From Protoeuglena noctilucae (taxonomy: Eukaryota), in NCBI GenBank assembly GCA_958009085.1, contig OY253668.1:744001-808000 (forward strand): a stretch of 64,000 nucleotides of DNA. Direction: 5' to 3'. Positions 49,410 through 62,138 of this stretch are shown piece after piece; positions within the stretch are counted from its first letter, which is position 1, and each line of letters begins with the position of its first letter. The notes below the pieces were generated by a model. The model saw nothing but the letters and a program-made list of their open reading frames with translations. It was not told the origin of the DNA and ran no database searches. The translations under genes and the position numbers were made by a program.

Positions 49410-50124
49410 CTATAAGAGGGCCTTAGCGCGCTCAGGGGTCGAGCACGCCCCCCCCGCGAGCCCACGCGCCGAGAAGCACAGCGCCATGGGTCCCCGCGAA
49501 GTCACAAGCATTTACGCGCGAGTCATGCTGCTGAATCGAGAGGTGAGGACGCGGGGGGTAAGAGCTGTGCGCGGATAGTAGCCGGCTGCGTGCCAGCCCC
49601 GCGGCATCCATCTCCGCTACAAAGTGCTCACTACAGCAGCAGGCTCGGCATCAGGGCCCAGCGCGCCTCCCCTTCGGCACATCTGGCTCCCCACGCCTCG
49701 ACGAGCCCCCCCAATTGAAAGCCACGGGACCGATGATCGTATTTTTGACATTCATCCCAGAAACGCCCGCATTGGTGTCCAGATAGTGGCCAGGCGGGCC
49801 AGGCGGGGAGCCTCAACCCGGGCCAAGCGCTTGTCGCGCCCCGCGCCGCGCTCACCGGCGGCCCCACGCCCCCCTTCGCCGGAAAGAAGTCGCACTCGAG
49901 GACGAGGACGTCGTTCCGGAGCTGCGCGCCGCCGCGACGCGGCATTGGCCCGCTGACCCTCCCAAGCCTGCCATAGTGCTGCCCTCGGCTCGCGTGGGGG
50001 ATCTACCGGCCGATGTCTGCGGCCATGCGATGCGCGGCCGCTCCCCGTCATGAGGCGCCACACAGCGGAGCGAGGGGGGTTTAGCGTGGGCTGGCTGGCG
50101 CGACGCCAGACGTCAGGTTCTCTT

Positions 50125-52590
50125 TCAAGTCGCGCGGGCCCCGCGCAGGAGGCCAGCCCAGGAGCGAGGAGGATCCAGCCGGGTCGAGATCGCGCTCCAT
50201 TCACCCATCGCTGCAATCGCCGCGGATCGCAGGGCGGGGCTGTCCGCGTAGAGACCCCGCGCCGCCACCGTGACGGTCGAGGAGGCGAAGCGCTCCACGC
50301 CGCGCGCGACCATGCACATGTGCACCCCATCGACCATCACGACGCAGCCGACGACGCCGGGGAGCGCCCCCACGGCGCCCGCGACCTGCTCGGTCAGCCG
50401 CTCTTGGATCTGAAGCTGCTGCGACGCTCGCCGCACCGCCGCCTCGACCCCGGCCCAGTCCACCTCCCGCCCCTGCCCCGGCGCCGTCGCCAGCACCACC
50501 CGCGCCCGCCCGTGGAAGGGCAGCAGATGGTGCTCGCACTGGGACTGGAAGGGCACGGCCGCAGACCCCACCACCTGCCACGCGCCCCCGGGCAGGGGCC
50601 GCCACGACGACGACCGCACCCCGGCGCGGCCCGACTCGCCGCTCGTCGACGCCAGAGGCCCCTCCGGCTCGTCGTAGCCCCTCGTCGACCGCAGCAGGTG
50701 CTGCACGAACTGCTGCACCGCCGACCGCCCCTCCTGCGGCCGAGCAACGGCAGACCGTGAGCGATGTGCCCGCCCCCCCTAGCCCGGGCCTCACGAACCA
50801 GGCCGCGACAGAAGAGGAGCCGGGGCCGTGCATGTCGCCTCCGGATATGGAGCGCCCCAGGGACCGTGAACACCGTGAGACGCAACGAGATAAGAGGCTC
50901 GCCCCGAACGGCCTGCCCGCACTTCGCTACACGTGCACTGCTCGCCTTCTGCGCCACGTCGCACCCCGCCGCCGTCGCCAACACAGCCGCGGCGGCCTCC
51001 ATGTCCGCCAGCGTCACGGCGGCACTCCGGCTCCCCAAGTCCTCCCCGGCAGCCTCCCGCAAGAGGGAAGGGGAGGTGCCAGGACCGTCGTTATCCTCGT
51101 CCTCGTCCGAGCCCATGCCGGAGCCAGGCGCCCGGCGCATGACGTCCGGCGCCAGGCAGCACGCGTCCGCGCAACACACGGCCAGCGCGGCCGTGCTGCC
51201 CGCCCGGCTCCCGAGGCCGTCGTGGCAAGAGCAGGTCGCACTGCGGCACGCCGAGGGAGGGCGGGGCTTCGCGGAGGCAGGTTGCCTCTGGCGCAACGTG
51301 GCCGAGGAGCCGAGGTGTCGGGCCACTGATTGAGACCTCAGGGGACGGGGTACCCCAGTGCCTCACCCAAAGTAGACCCTTTGATTTCCCTAGGCAGCCT
51401 GTGTGGGACTCCCCGAGGAAGGGAACGGGGGACCCAAGAAAGAGGCACAAGGGGCGAGTGACGACAGGGAGCGCGGCGTGCGACCCACCTCATGTCCACC
51501 GCCATCGTGTCGCTGGAAGCGCTCGACCGCTCGCTGGCGTCCTCGCCCGCCGGGGACCCAAACGGGAGCACGACGCCCCCGACGCGTAGCATGGAGACCA
51601 CCTCCGCCCAGCGTGCTGGGTCCTTCCCCGCGAAGGCCCCCGTGCGCTCGATGACGACCTCGCTGCGGAGCCCCGCGGGGCGCGCGAGGTGCCGAAAGAC
51701 CGCCACGACGGCCACCCCCGCTGCACCCGCGGCACGCTCCAGGGCCTCTGCAGCACCGCGGGCGAGGTCCTCCGGCGTCTGCAGGCGCTTGCTCAGCGAC
51801 TGGACGACGCGCGCGACCTTGGAGAGGCCCACGACGACGCCGCCGCGCGGGAGGTAGGCCACGTGGATGCGTCCGTAGAAGGGCAGCAGCGTGTGCGCGC
51901 AAGTGGACGCAAAGTCCACGTCCCGTACGAGGACGGGCCCCGCCTGCTCGTTCAGCCCGTTCTCCGCGAACAGCGCCCCCCCGATGGTCGCCACGGGGTC
52001 CGCGTCCCGCGCGGCCGTCATGTCCAGCCACGCCTTGGCCACCCGCTGCAGGCGCGAGGATCAAGCGCGCGTGAGGCGGAGGGAGTGACGCGCGTGATGC
52101 ATCTCATTGATGTGCAGTTGTGCGAGGAGCCGGACGGGACGCGGGCCCCTGGCACGCGCGCGCCGAGCTGCGGGAGGGTTGCGTGGGCGTGCCGAAGGAG
52201 GCACGACGGAGGGTCCCTCGCAAAGCCCCGGTGCCCGCAGCCATTGCGAACGCCGATCATGCAAAACGCACATAGGCCGCAGCGGCGAGGCCTTGGCACC
52301 GGCGTGCCGCCTCTGCGGGTCCCTCCCCAGCGAGGGAAATTCCCGCGCCGAGCCGGAACGGAAGGGAATGCCAAGCATCCACGTCGCCCATTTGTATACA
52401 GATGTACCCATGGAAGCGCAGAATCCGCAGAAACGTCGGCCCTCCTGGGCCCCCGCGCCTTTCCCGTCCTCACCAGCGGCGTGTCCCGCAAGCCCTCCCT
52501 GTGCACATCGTCCCCGAGGCCCTTAATAAGCGTCTCGACCGCCTCAACCATCGCGGGGAGCCCCGCCGCCCCCCATCGGTCGCCCCCCAT
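50125..52590 (-). CDS. GCH1: GTP cyclohydrolase I, plant-type with two tandem GCHI domains
   Basis: Domain 1: REGLRDTPL|RVAKAW, STCAHTLLPFYG, VGLSKVAR, RLQ. Domain 2: SQCEHHLLPFHG, LQIQERLT, HMCMVARGV. Confidence 0.9.
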
Positions 52591-52812
52591 CGCGGGGCCG
52601 CTCGGCAACGAGGCGGGGGCGCGCTCCGTTTGTCTCCCGGCCTCCAGAAAGCAGCAACGCAGCGACTGGCCGAGTGATGCGGGCACAGAGTGGCTGAGCT
52701 AGGAAGTGGCGCCTGGACGTCCTGCTCTCCCACTCGGCTAGCTCGGCGGCGTATCCTGACTTATCTCTCAGGCGGCTGCCTTCAAAAGAGCGCCGTCAGA
52801 CGTCGAAGTGGG

Positions 52813-52820
52813 TAGGGTTT
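52813..52820 (-). promoter_or_regulatory. Telo-box-like motif (AAACCCTA) in the GCH1/RMI2 divergent promoter
   Basis: TAGGGTTT on the + strand, inside a GGGTAGG...CCTACCC inverted repeat (52810-52838), between two divergent ATGs. Confidence 0.25.
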
Positions 52821-52953
52821 AGGAAGGGTTTCCTACCCGTCGTTCCTCCGTGCTCCGCTTGAATGCCAGGCGGCAGAGTTGCGAAGACGGCACACACCTG
52901 TACAGCAGTTTCCCTTTGCCAGCAGCTGTCTTCGCCAGGCTCGCGTTTATTTC

Positions 52954-54060
52954 ATGAAAGCGGGACCCGCCCTCGTGAAAGTTTCCATTTCCCAGCTCTT
53001 TCTCTGCAAACCCGTCGCGGACGCCGGGCGTGAGGCCACCTTCCGGCTCGGCGACGCGGAGTTCGAGCGCGTGTGGGTCCAGGTGAGGGACTGGGGGGGA
53101 CTGGAGGGTCTGAGGACCTCTTCAACTACTGGTGCGTGGAATCGAAACGTGCGCACCTTCGGAGAACGGTCCCGCGCTCGTTTCCCGTCCGTGCCCCAAG
53201 TGGGGGGGCCTGCTCGCCCCCGCCCAGGCCGCACCTGGCCAACCTCGGCACTCACCGTGCTTATTTTCACCCGTGTTGTCTCGCTCCTTGCTCCGCGCGC
53301 CCGTTCACCGCCCCAGGAGAGCCCCGCGCCCTCAGCAGATGCAGCGCGTTTGAACGAGCCACCCTGCCAGTGGCGCGAAGTGCCCGGTGCGCGGAACTCG
53401 CGACCCGCGAGGTCCCAATTTCGCCCCTTGACTTTCCGAGGGGTAACTTGTCCCCTTTCTGCCGCTTCTTTCCTCAAGAGAGCTCTGACTTTTCCGGGGA
53501 AGCGTGCTCAGCACGCGGGGTCATTGCGCGCCCGAGCTGCCGCCCACCGTCCACCCCGACCGGTGCCTGTCGACCATGGCCATCGCTTGCGCTCCGTGCC
53601 ATGCCGCGTGCCTCTCTCGCTGCGCAGGGGCGTGTGACCGGTGCCTGCGGTGGGAGCCCGGGCGACAAGCGGTCGTTCATCGTCACGGTGGACGACGGGA
53701 CGGGCCTGGTTGAGGTAGACGTCGCTGGCGCGTACAAGGTGAGCGAATACTCGGCCCCCGCTCTGACGCAGCCACCCACGCTGCACGGGGCGCACGTGCC
53801 ACCCCGCCCTCGCGAGCTTCGGTGCCACGCCCCTGGCAACCCCCCTCCCCCAGGTCTGCCCCGACCTGCCCCTTCCCGTGGACGGCGGCCCCGTGGCGGT
53901 GGTGGGTCGCATCGTGGACAAGGGCGGGCGCCGTCGCATCCGCGCCCGCAAGTTTGCCCCTTGCTCCGAGGCTAGCCTGCGTGCCTGGCCGCTGCTCCTC
54001 CGAGCGCTCCGCCCCGAGGGTGGTCCAACACCCGGGGACTCGTCCGTGCCGCGCTCGTGA
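52954..54060 (+). CDS. RMI2: RMI2-like OB-fold protein; exons 52954-53082, 53628-53738, 53854-54060
   Basis: ALVKVSISQL, FERVWVQ|GRV, TVDDGTGLVEV, VAVVGRI, IRARKF...W match the RMI2 pattern. Confidence 0.75.
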
Positions 54061-54074
54061 CCGATCCTGGAGCC

Positions 54075-55990
54075 ATGAGCCACCGGTCCTCGGGCAACGC
54101 TCGCCTCCTCAAGGAGCTGCAGAGCCTGGCGCCGTGGCAATGGGACCGCAAGGCGAGAGGCACGGCCGGGTAGCCGCGACACGGGTGGGGCGGTCCACCC
54201 ACCCGACCGTCCCAGGCCTCACGAGTGGCCAACCTTGCACCCATCACTTCAGGTCGCCGCTTCGCGACCGCGCGTGGCTGCGTCTGTTCCGCAGGTCAAG
54301 GAGCACCCCCCCGGCGACGCGGCCCTGCGTGACTTCAAGCAGGTAGAGGACATGTTCCGGCAGGCATTCACGAGGGACGCTGAGGACCCGAACCACACCA
54401 GGTGAGGGAGGCAGACGCATGGGGCGACCCGGGGGGGCATCAGGGATGCTCGGTCCGCGAGGCGTGGCAGGCCGGATGTAGCCGCGACCCATGGCCTGGC
54501 TTGGACACACCGCGCCCTGCCTCTGTGCCTGCAGCGTGGACCCCGGCGCCTCGAGCGGCGGGGAGGGCCACGAGGGGCGGCCCAAGGCCCAGCGGAGGCG
54601 GGTCCCGTCGGCCCGGGCCGTGGCCGCGATGGGGGGGGACCCGGCCGCCCACCGCCGCAAGGCGGCGCGTGGCGACGAGGAGGACGTGGGAGAGGGCCCG
54701 TGGGCCGCGGGGAAGGAGGCGCTGGAAGGGGCGGACGTGGGCGGAGGGGACAAGGAGAATCGGGAGACGTGCGACACGCCGCCCGCAGGCGCGCACCGTT
54801 CCCGCGCGTCGGTGGGCAAGGCCGACGCGGGGGCCCGCGTGGCCGCCACGCCCGCCACCGTGGGCCACGCACGCCGCCCGGCGCCTGCTGCGGACGCCGG
54901 CGCCCCCGGCATCGACACGCCCGCCACGGTGCCCGTGCGCCGGCTGCCGGTGGACCTGCCCCCGCTCGACACCGCCTCCGGGGTGGCTGCGCTGGCCGGG
55001 CCCGCGATCCCCCTCTTGCCACCCATGTCCCCCGCGGCCGCGCCAGGCCCGAGCGTCCCCGGCCACGAAGAGCCGGCCGCGTCGGAGGACCTTCCGGGTG
55101 CGGCCCCATCGAGGTCGCCCGCCGTGAACCTCGCCGCCCCGACCGTCGTGAAGCACGGCGACGGGGCGGGGCGCGTGGCGGCCCTGCAAGAGAGTGACGA
55201 AGACCCGGCGCCGGAGGTGGAGATGGCGCGGGAGGGAGAGTCGCTGTGCGTCGTGAAGGGCAGCGAAGGCTCTCTGGCGAAGGCTCCATTGGCCCCCGCC
55301 AACGTCGCCGCCCCGGAGCCAGCGCTCCCGGCCGGGGACCTGGAACCCGCGGTCGGGGCCTGCCTCGCGGTGGACGCCGCGGCGCCCCTGGCCGCTTCGG
55401 CGCCCATCCTCGCGGCACCAGAGGGCGCTGTCGACACGAGCGCGACGGAGGCGGTCGAGGTGGACGCCCACGGGCAGCCGGCACCGGGCCCTGCACGCGC
55501 CGTGTCGCGCCGGGCCAGCAGGAAGCGGAGAGCCCAGCAGCTGGTTGCGGCCCGGGACCGCCCCGCCCCTCGGTTGGAGGAGGCGGTTCAGGCCCCTGCT
55601 GCGGGGGAGGGCCTGGGCGAGGGTTTCGCGGGCGAGGGCACGCCAGAGGAGATCCCGGGGGCGGTGTTGATGGAGGCGGCGTGGGGCGGGGCGGTTTCGG
55701 TGGGGCGGGCGCCGGGGTCGGCGAGGAAGGGGTCGCAAGAGCTGTTCGGGGGGTCCCGGGGGTCTAGCGTGCAGAGCGCGGAGGGGCGTGGGGCCGAGGG
55801 CGCGACGGCGAGGGAGGGCGCGGGGAGCGAGGCGTGGTGGAGCGGTGCGGTGGCGGCGTGCGACCCCCGCGACCCCCTCGCGTGGCTGCCTGGGATGCTG
55901 CCCGACGCGCACCGCGTGCCCCGCAGCACGATGCTCAAGGCGTGCGCGATTCTGCGGGCCCTGGACGCCCGCGCGGGGTGGAAGTACTAG
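54075..55990 (+). CDS. Hypothetical protein (~550 aa), mostly low-complexity, 3 exons
   Basis: MSHRSSGNARLLKELQSLAPWQWDRK|VKEHPPGDAALRDFKQVEDMFRQAF...|long Ala/Pro/Glu exon ending DPLAWLPGMLPDAHRVPRSTMLKACAILRALDARAGWKY; splice phases consistent. Confidence 0.6.
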
Positions 55991-56161
55991 CAGCCAGGGA
56001 AGCGTGGTCAGGTAGGCAAAGGCATTGCTAGAGCCAACGGGTAAGGTGTGGCTGCCAATGCGAGCGATCTTGAACGTAGAGCCAGTAGAGCTAGCTTGCA
56101 ATCGCGAGGTGCATCCATGCGACCCGCAACAAGCACGGCAGGCGAGATGGAGTCGCGGATC

Positions 56162-59100
56162 CTATCCCGTGAGCGCCATTCGCAAGGCCCTTTCCTGCCT
56201 CGACACGGCCGCCGCCGTGCGCCGCTGGAGCGTGACGTGGGCCTTGCCGAAGGCGTGCAGCGCAGCCTCGACGGCACCCCAGGCGCCCGCGTCCGCCAGC
56301 CACGCCGCCGGCCCTGCCCGCCAGAGGCCCCGCGAGGCGGCAGAAGCCACATCCACCGCGGGCTGCACCACCTCGGCCACGATGGCGCGCAGGGACATGG
56401 GATTGGGGGTGCGTGCCGCCCCTGCCGGTCCGCTTGCCTCGGCTGTGGGTGACCCAGGGCCATGGCTGTCGCCCGGGTCCTTGCCGAGCATCGTGTCCCG
56501 CAGCACTTCTTCCAGGTAGGCTCGGTGGGCACGCGCCAGGCCCGCCACGTCCTCTGCAGCCGCCACGGCCGCATCGAATCTGCAAGCATCATAGAGGGAC
56601 GGGAGGCACACGTGCTGTGAAGAGATGGGCGCCACAATCAATATCGTCTCCTTTTCCAGAGTCCGTTAGCAGCATGTTACTGCCAACACAGGTTGCAGGA
56701 GACGTCGGGCCCCGAATACACAGCACAGCCTCACCTGGTGAGAGCCGCGCCAGTGGCGTGGGTCACAACGAAGAGGTGCAGCGAGGAGGCGAGGTGCGCG
56801 GCGATGTGGTGGAAAGCCAGGAGGGTGCGCAGGCGCGAGGAGGCGAGCGTGACGGCCGATGCCGACATGGAGCTGCAGGAGTCGGGGTGCGTGGCGCGGG
56901 CAGGGCCGTCGTCGTCCAGCAGGAGCCTCCGGGCACGGTCCAAAGCACGCTGGCGCCGCTGCAGCAGCCGGCCCGCCTCCGCGAGGTCCACCCACATCTG
57001 CGGGCAAGCTCAGGAGTCGGGTGTTCGAGTCCCACCCGTACACGCGTGCTGGACTTGTCACTGGTGCAGGAGCGCGAAGCGATGCTCGGGTCAATGCCAT
57101 CCACGCTGAGGGAGGTCACGTGGCTGGCGTTGATTGTCGCACAAGCACGTCAGTGGTGTCACCTCCGAGAGCGCTTGCCCCGCCCAGCGCAGCTGCAGGA
57201 CGCAGGTGTAGACCGCGGCGTATGACTGTGGCCAGTCGTGAGGGAACACAGCGGCGAGCGGCCACGGGAGGGCGTAGGTAGGGCGTATGGCCTCCAATGC
57301 CGCGAGATGGGAGCCCGAACAGACCACGGCACTCGCCCTGCGGCCCTTGTGCCACAGCTCCACGCCCATGCACCTGCGGCAGGTGGCCGGAAAGTAGTCT
57401 GGTTGTGATCCAAAGCCAGCCTTTCCACAGTCACCGAGAAAGGTGTCGAAACAAGTAAGGTCGGAGCCGCAGACGGCTCGCACGCACCTGACGTGGTCTG
57501 CGGGCAGGGCCTCTGCGGACGACCCGCGGAGGGCGCCCTCCCAGGCGTCACGGAGTGGTTGGCTGAGCAGTTGACCTCGCTCCCGGCACAGGTGGCGGAG
57601 GTCCGTGACGAGGGTGTCGCCCACATCGCCGCAGAGGATGAAGAAGTGCCTGGGGTCACAGGGGCAGGCGAGGAGTGGCATGAGGGCAGAGGAGTGGTGC
57701 GAGGGCAGAGGAGTGGTTCGAGGGCAGAGGAGTGGCGTGAGGGCATTGGAGATGGTGGCACATGCAGTGCAGGTGGCCCACTCACGCGCGCACGGATGCC
57801 AGGTGGCCTGGGAGACCCAACTGCGCCCGCATCAACGCCAAGCACGCCGCGGACGTCAGGCGGTGCTGCACCCGGGCCGGCAGCTCCACACACGCCGCCG
57901 CCACCTCCCACGGCAATGCGGGAGCGTCGCTCGGCCCGGCTTCTGCCGAGACGACCCCTACGCTGCCCCTTGCAAGTGCGCGCCTGTCGACGTGGCCCTC
58001 TGTTGACCGCCCTTGTGATGTCACCCCGCTGGAAGGACCCCCCGGACCCTGACCATCCCTCAATGCTACTTCTCGGCCTCCCTTTTCGTCGACTGACGAC
58101 CCACGCTCCTCACGCTCGGATGGCCGACTCGCAGGCGCCCCATCTCTCACCAGGGCCGCCGTGCGCCTCCCCTGCCCTTCAGACCCCTCCTCCCTGGCCC
58201 CATCGCCGCCCCTCGCCACCACATCTGTGCCCTGCACCCCTGCCTCCCCTGCCTCGCCACCCAACCCCGCCTCGTCCCTGCTGTCGCCTTTGCCATCCGC
58301 CACCCCTCCCGCGCTGCGCCCCTCCCCGCGCACGCCCCCCTCGGTCGCAGCAGACTCAAAGTCCAGCACTCTCCGAGGCATGACGTCCTCCTCATCTCCC
58401 TCCCTGCGCACGTCACCCCCTTGCTCTTGCTCGGCCACCAACCCCACGACGTCAGCACTGCCCATGCCTTCCCACCCGCGACCCTCGTCGGCCAGCCCCG
58501 CGGCTGAGTTGCCACCGCGGTCGGCAGCTCGAAGCTCCGGGCCCAGCGCCGCCTCCTCCGCGCGCAGCTTGGCGTCACGTTTGGCGGACAGGCGTAGGCG
58601 CTCTAGGCGCCAGGCTGAGAGCTCCGGGGACATGGTGCGGCCTGAGATCTGCAGAGGAAGAGGAGCGGATTTCATTTATCAAAGTGACCACTGGACACAT
58701 GCATGGTGGCGAGCTGACCGTGAGCTCAGGCCAGCGCAGCGTGTTCCATCCCTCCTGTCCCTGAGTACACTAACTCAGCTGGTCTGAACCCCACCACCGC
58801 TTGCACCCTCCCAGGGCAGCTGGCACTCTGAGGGCCGTTCATTCAAAGTTCCCTCCCTCTCACCGATCGCACCGCCTCCTCCAATGCCGCCCGCGTGGCG
58901 TCGACCTCTGCGTCCCGGGCCTTCCGTGCCGACGCCACCAGCCGGGCCAGGTCCTCTTCTCTGTCCTGAGCCTGCCCGAGAGCCGACGCGCGGGCGCGGG
59001 CCTCGATCGTCCGGCGTTGCTCCGCGAGGAGGTCGGCCTTGCGGCGCCTGGGAGTCACAACGGACGGTTGCGAAGGTGGGGTGCAGGGCGCAGATGGGTG

Positions 59101-62100
59101 CAAGGAGGGCGCTGGTGAGTCGCTGGGCGTGGGCATGGGCTGAGGGCTGACGGACTGAGACCGTATAGGTGCATGGCGTGGACGCAGGGACCCATAAGTC
59201 AAGCCTCACTCCCTGAGCCCTCCCCAGCAGGGCTTCTTCGAGACGCATTGCCGGCCCACCTCTCAGCTCGGTCGACGCTCCCCCGCTCCTCCTCCCGCCT
59301 CCTGGCAGACGCCTCCCGCACCTCGTGCCGCCTCTGCACCTCCTGTGCCACAGCCGCCCCCGCTTGCCGCGCCTCCTCCTCCAGCACCTCGAGGTGTCTG
59401 CGACAGGCAAGTCACCAGCATACACAAGCAAAGGTGTGCCAGCAGGTGCAGTGCGTTGGCCAGTGACCAAGGACGCCACCGCGCTGCCGCTCACCTGGCC
59501 AGCGCCCTCAGCCCTCGCACCTCCGCCTGCTCCCACGCCCCACGCACCGCCGCGACCCCGGCCACCGTCGCAGCGTCCGGCAGGCACCCCGGCTGCGGGT
59601 CGCAGAGCTCGTCGCCCTGCACCACGCAGGAGGTGCGCCACGCACGCCCCCACGCCTCCTCCATGACGGCGCACAGCCGGGACACCAGGGGCCCCGCGCC
59701 TGCGAGCGAAACGTGAGGTGGGTCAGAGGATGCGACCCAACTAACACCCCTAGCCACGAGGTCATTGAGGTAGACCCACAGTGGTAGCCAAGCGATGTGA
59801 AAGGCTTGCGACAAAAGCCCTGCGCCCTGCGATAAGAAGGGCTGCCCAGCAGGTGTTGGCTCACCGGGCATCTCTGCCAGCAGCCGCAGCTGTGCGCCGG
59901 CCTCCAAGCACTCCTCCGCCGCGCGTCCGCTGGCGAGGGACGCCGGGATGAGAGGCGGGGGCGTGCATGCGGCCATTGCCCGAGGCACCCAGTCGCCGGC
60001 CGGCCGGGCGCTCGCGGAGCTCTCCTGGCCATCTCTGGGCGTGACGTCCGACTCGCTCAGGGGCAACGGGGTCAGCAGCCAGCTCCCGATGGTGGCTCTC
60101 ACCGGGGCGGTGCACGCGCGCCAGAGGACACGCACGTGAGCCTGCAGGGACGTGGGGCCCACCAATGGGCGCGAGCAGGGCGAGCATCGTGCTTTTGCTG
60201 TCATAAGGCGCATGCAACACACCACCCATGCCGCTTTTCTGCACGGAGCGCGCACAACACGTCGACTCCACCTCGGCCCCGCCAATAGACGACTCAGCCC
60301 AGCCCTGCACCTGTCCCCTGCCGTGGACCTCCCGCCCCGCCTGCAGCACCGCAGACAGCACCGCCTCCTCGTCCGCCCCTTCCATCCCCAGGCAGAGCCG
60401 GGCAAGCAAGCCGATGTCGTCACGCACACCCCGCGTCAAGTGCATGGCCTCCAGCAGCGTCACGGGCGGGGCCACCGTGGGCGCACCGTCGCAGGAGCCT
60501 GTCGGAAAGTCTCCGCCCTCGAAGGACGCACGCGCGGCCGCGGCGCGCTCCGCCAGCCCCTGGAGCTCGCTTGCGTGTGCCGCCAGGATCTCTGCCGCCG
60601 CTGCTGCCAGCGCCCTCAGCACCGCGTGGGGCGCCTGGGGAGCAGAGGGCTCAGGGCAGCCCGCCACAGGGGTCAGGCAGTGGCGCAGGAAGGCATCCAG
60701 GCGCAGGCGGAGGGCGCCGTGGACGAGGAAATCCCCCGCGACCGTGACGAGGGCCGGGGGCATAAGAGAGCGGGCAGGGGAGCTGAGCAGAGACTGCAGG
60801 GCCTGAGGGGGGCGAGGGCGGGGATACTGCGTGACGTGGCGTGGAGGATTGATGGCGAACGAGGGGGGAATCCGGTGCAACGAGAGGGTGGGGGCGAAAG
60901 GGCTCGCCATGACGACAGTGGGCAGGACTGCGGGGTACCTGGACGGCCGTGCGAGACCCGAGGAGCGCGGCGGTGAGTTGGTTGACGGTGCCGTGCTCGG
61001 CCCATGCGTCCCCGAGGCACTCTGCTTCCCAGGGCGGGCGCGCTTGAGGTGCAGGAGGGAGCGCGCTCTCCACCACGGCTGTCCAGATGACATGAGACGG
61101 GTCGTGAGATTTGCTCGTGGATGCGTCCATGTCGTCTGCGTGCGCGAACAAGTCTATCTGACGGCGACTGCTGCTCTGGTCAGCCGACCTGCCCCTGTCA
61201 GGGTGGGCTCGCCTTGGGGACGGTCCCTCTCGCGCAACGATGCGCTCTGGAGACGCGGGATTGCATGCGTGTCAACTGCGGCGACGTCCCCGCACCAAGG
61301 CACTGCGGGCAGAGCGAGGGCAGTGGGCAGCGTGGCGCGCGTGTGTCGCCAGCTCACACCCAGAGCCGCGCTGAAGCGCACGCCTCACCCTGAACGCGCT
61401 CTCCTACGCGGAAGAAACGGGTGCACGTCCCCGGCGCCACGGTCAGGTCAGGTCGCGGCGGGCCCAGGTCCGCCAACGGCGGTGGGTGGCCACGCACTCC
61501 CCGCCCATCCCGCCCGAGGGCCGTTGCGCTGAGGCGGGCCGCGTCACGGGCATCCGTGATGGACAGGTTGAGCCTGCCTCCCGGAGCCAACGTGACTCGT
61601 TCCGCCTCCGCCCCTGGCAGGGGCCTGTCTTCGCCGTCGTGGGACAGGTAGACGAGCAGGGCGACGAGCTCGTCTGCCTTCGTGAAAGCTTGGAGCCTGG
61701 TCCCGTCCCTGCCAGCCAAAGCCACCTCCGGTGTAGTCCTGCGAGGGCGCAGATAGGTGCGATACGGCACGAGACCGCGGCTCGGGGCGTGGAGCAACTG
61801 GAAACGTCTCGACACGGGTCCCACCTCAGCTCCTCGGCCGCGTCCAGTGTCTCCGCGGCGTCCGAGGAACCCAGGCCTTGCAGATGCAGGTAAGCGGCCA
61901 GAAGCCCCCGGTCGGCGATCCGCCGGCGCTCGTCCGCGTCGACGGTGGGGATGCGCAGCCCGCCCAGCGTGCGGCCCGTGGCAATCGATTCCCTGCCCTC
62001 CGCCACCAACTTTCGCGCGGCCCGACGGTGCGTTACCGACACATCTTCGTCCCGAGGCCAGCCGTTCTCCACAAGGAGCCGTTGGACCAGATCCTCGAGC

Positions 62101-62138
62101 ACCAGCTCGAGCCCTTCGGCCGACCCCCCCCGCGCCAT
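56162..62138 (-). CDS. TUBGCP6: Gamma-tubulin complex component, GCP6-like (Spc97/Spc98 family with long coiled-coil insertion)
   Basis: ECLEAGAQLRLL, coiled-coil insertion with WRLERLRL, FFILCGDVGDTL, YALPWPLAAVF...YAAVYTCVLQLRWA, LARAHRAYLEEVLRDTML. Confidence 0.75.
57670..57745. repeat. 19-bp minisatellite (~4 copies, GAGGGCAGAGGAGTGGnnn) in a GCP6 intron
   Basis: Units at 57682, 57701 and 57720 plus partial flanking copies. Confidence 0.8.

Noticed and set aside
57670..57745. CRISPR-like array
   Set aside because: Head-to-tail 19-bp units with no spacers, inside a eukaryotic intron; ordinary minisatellite.
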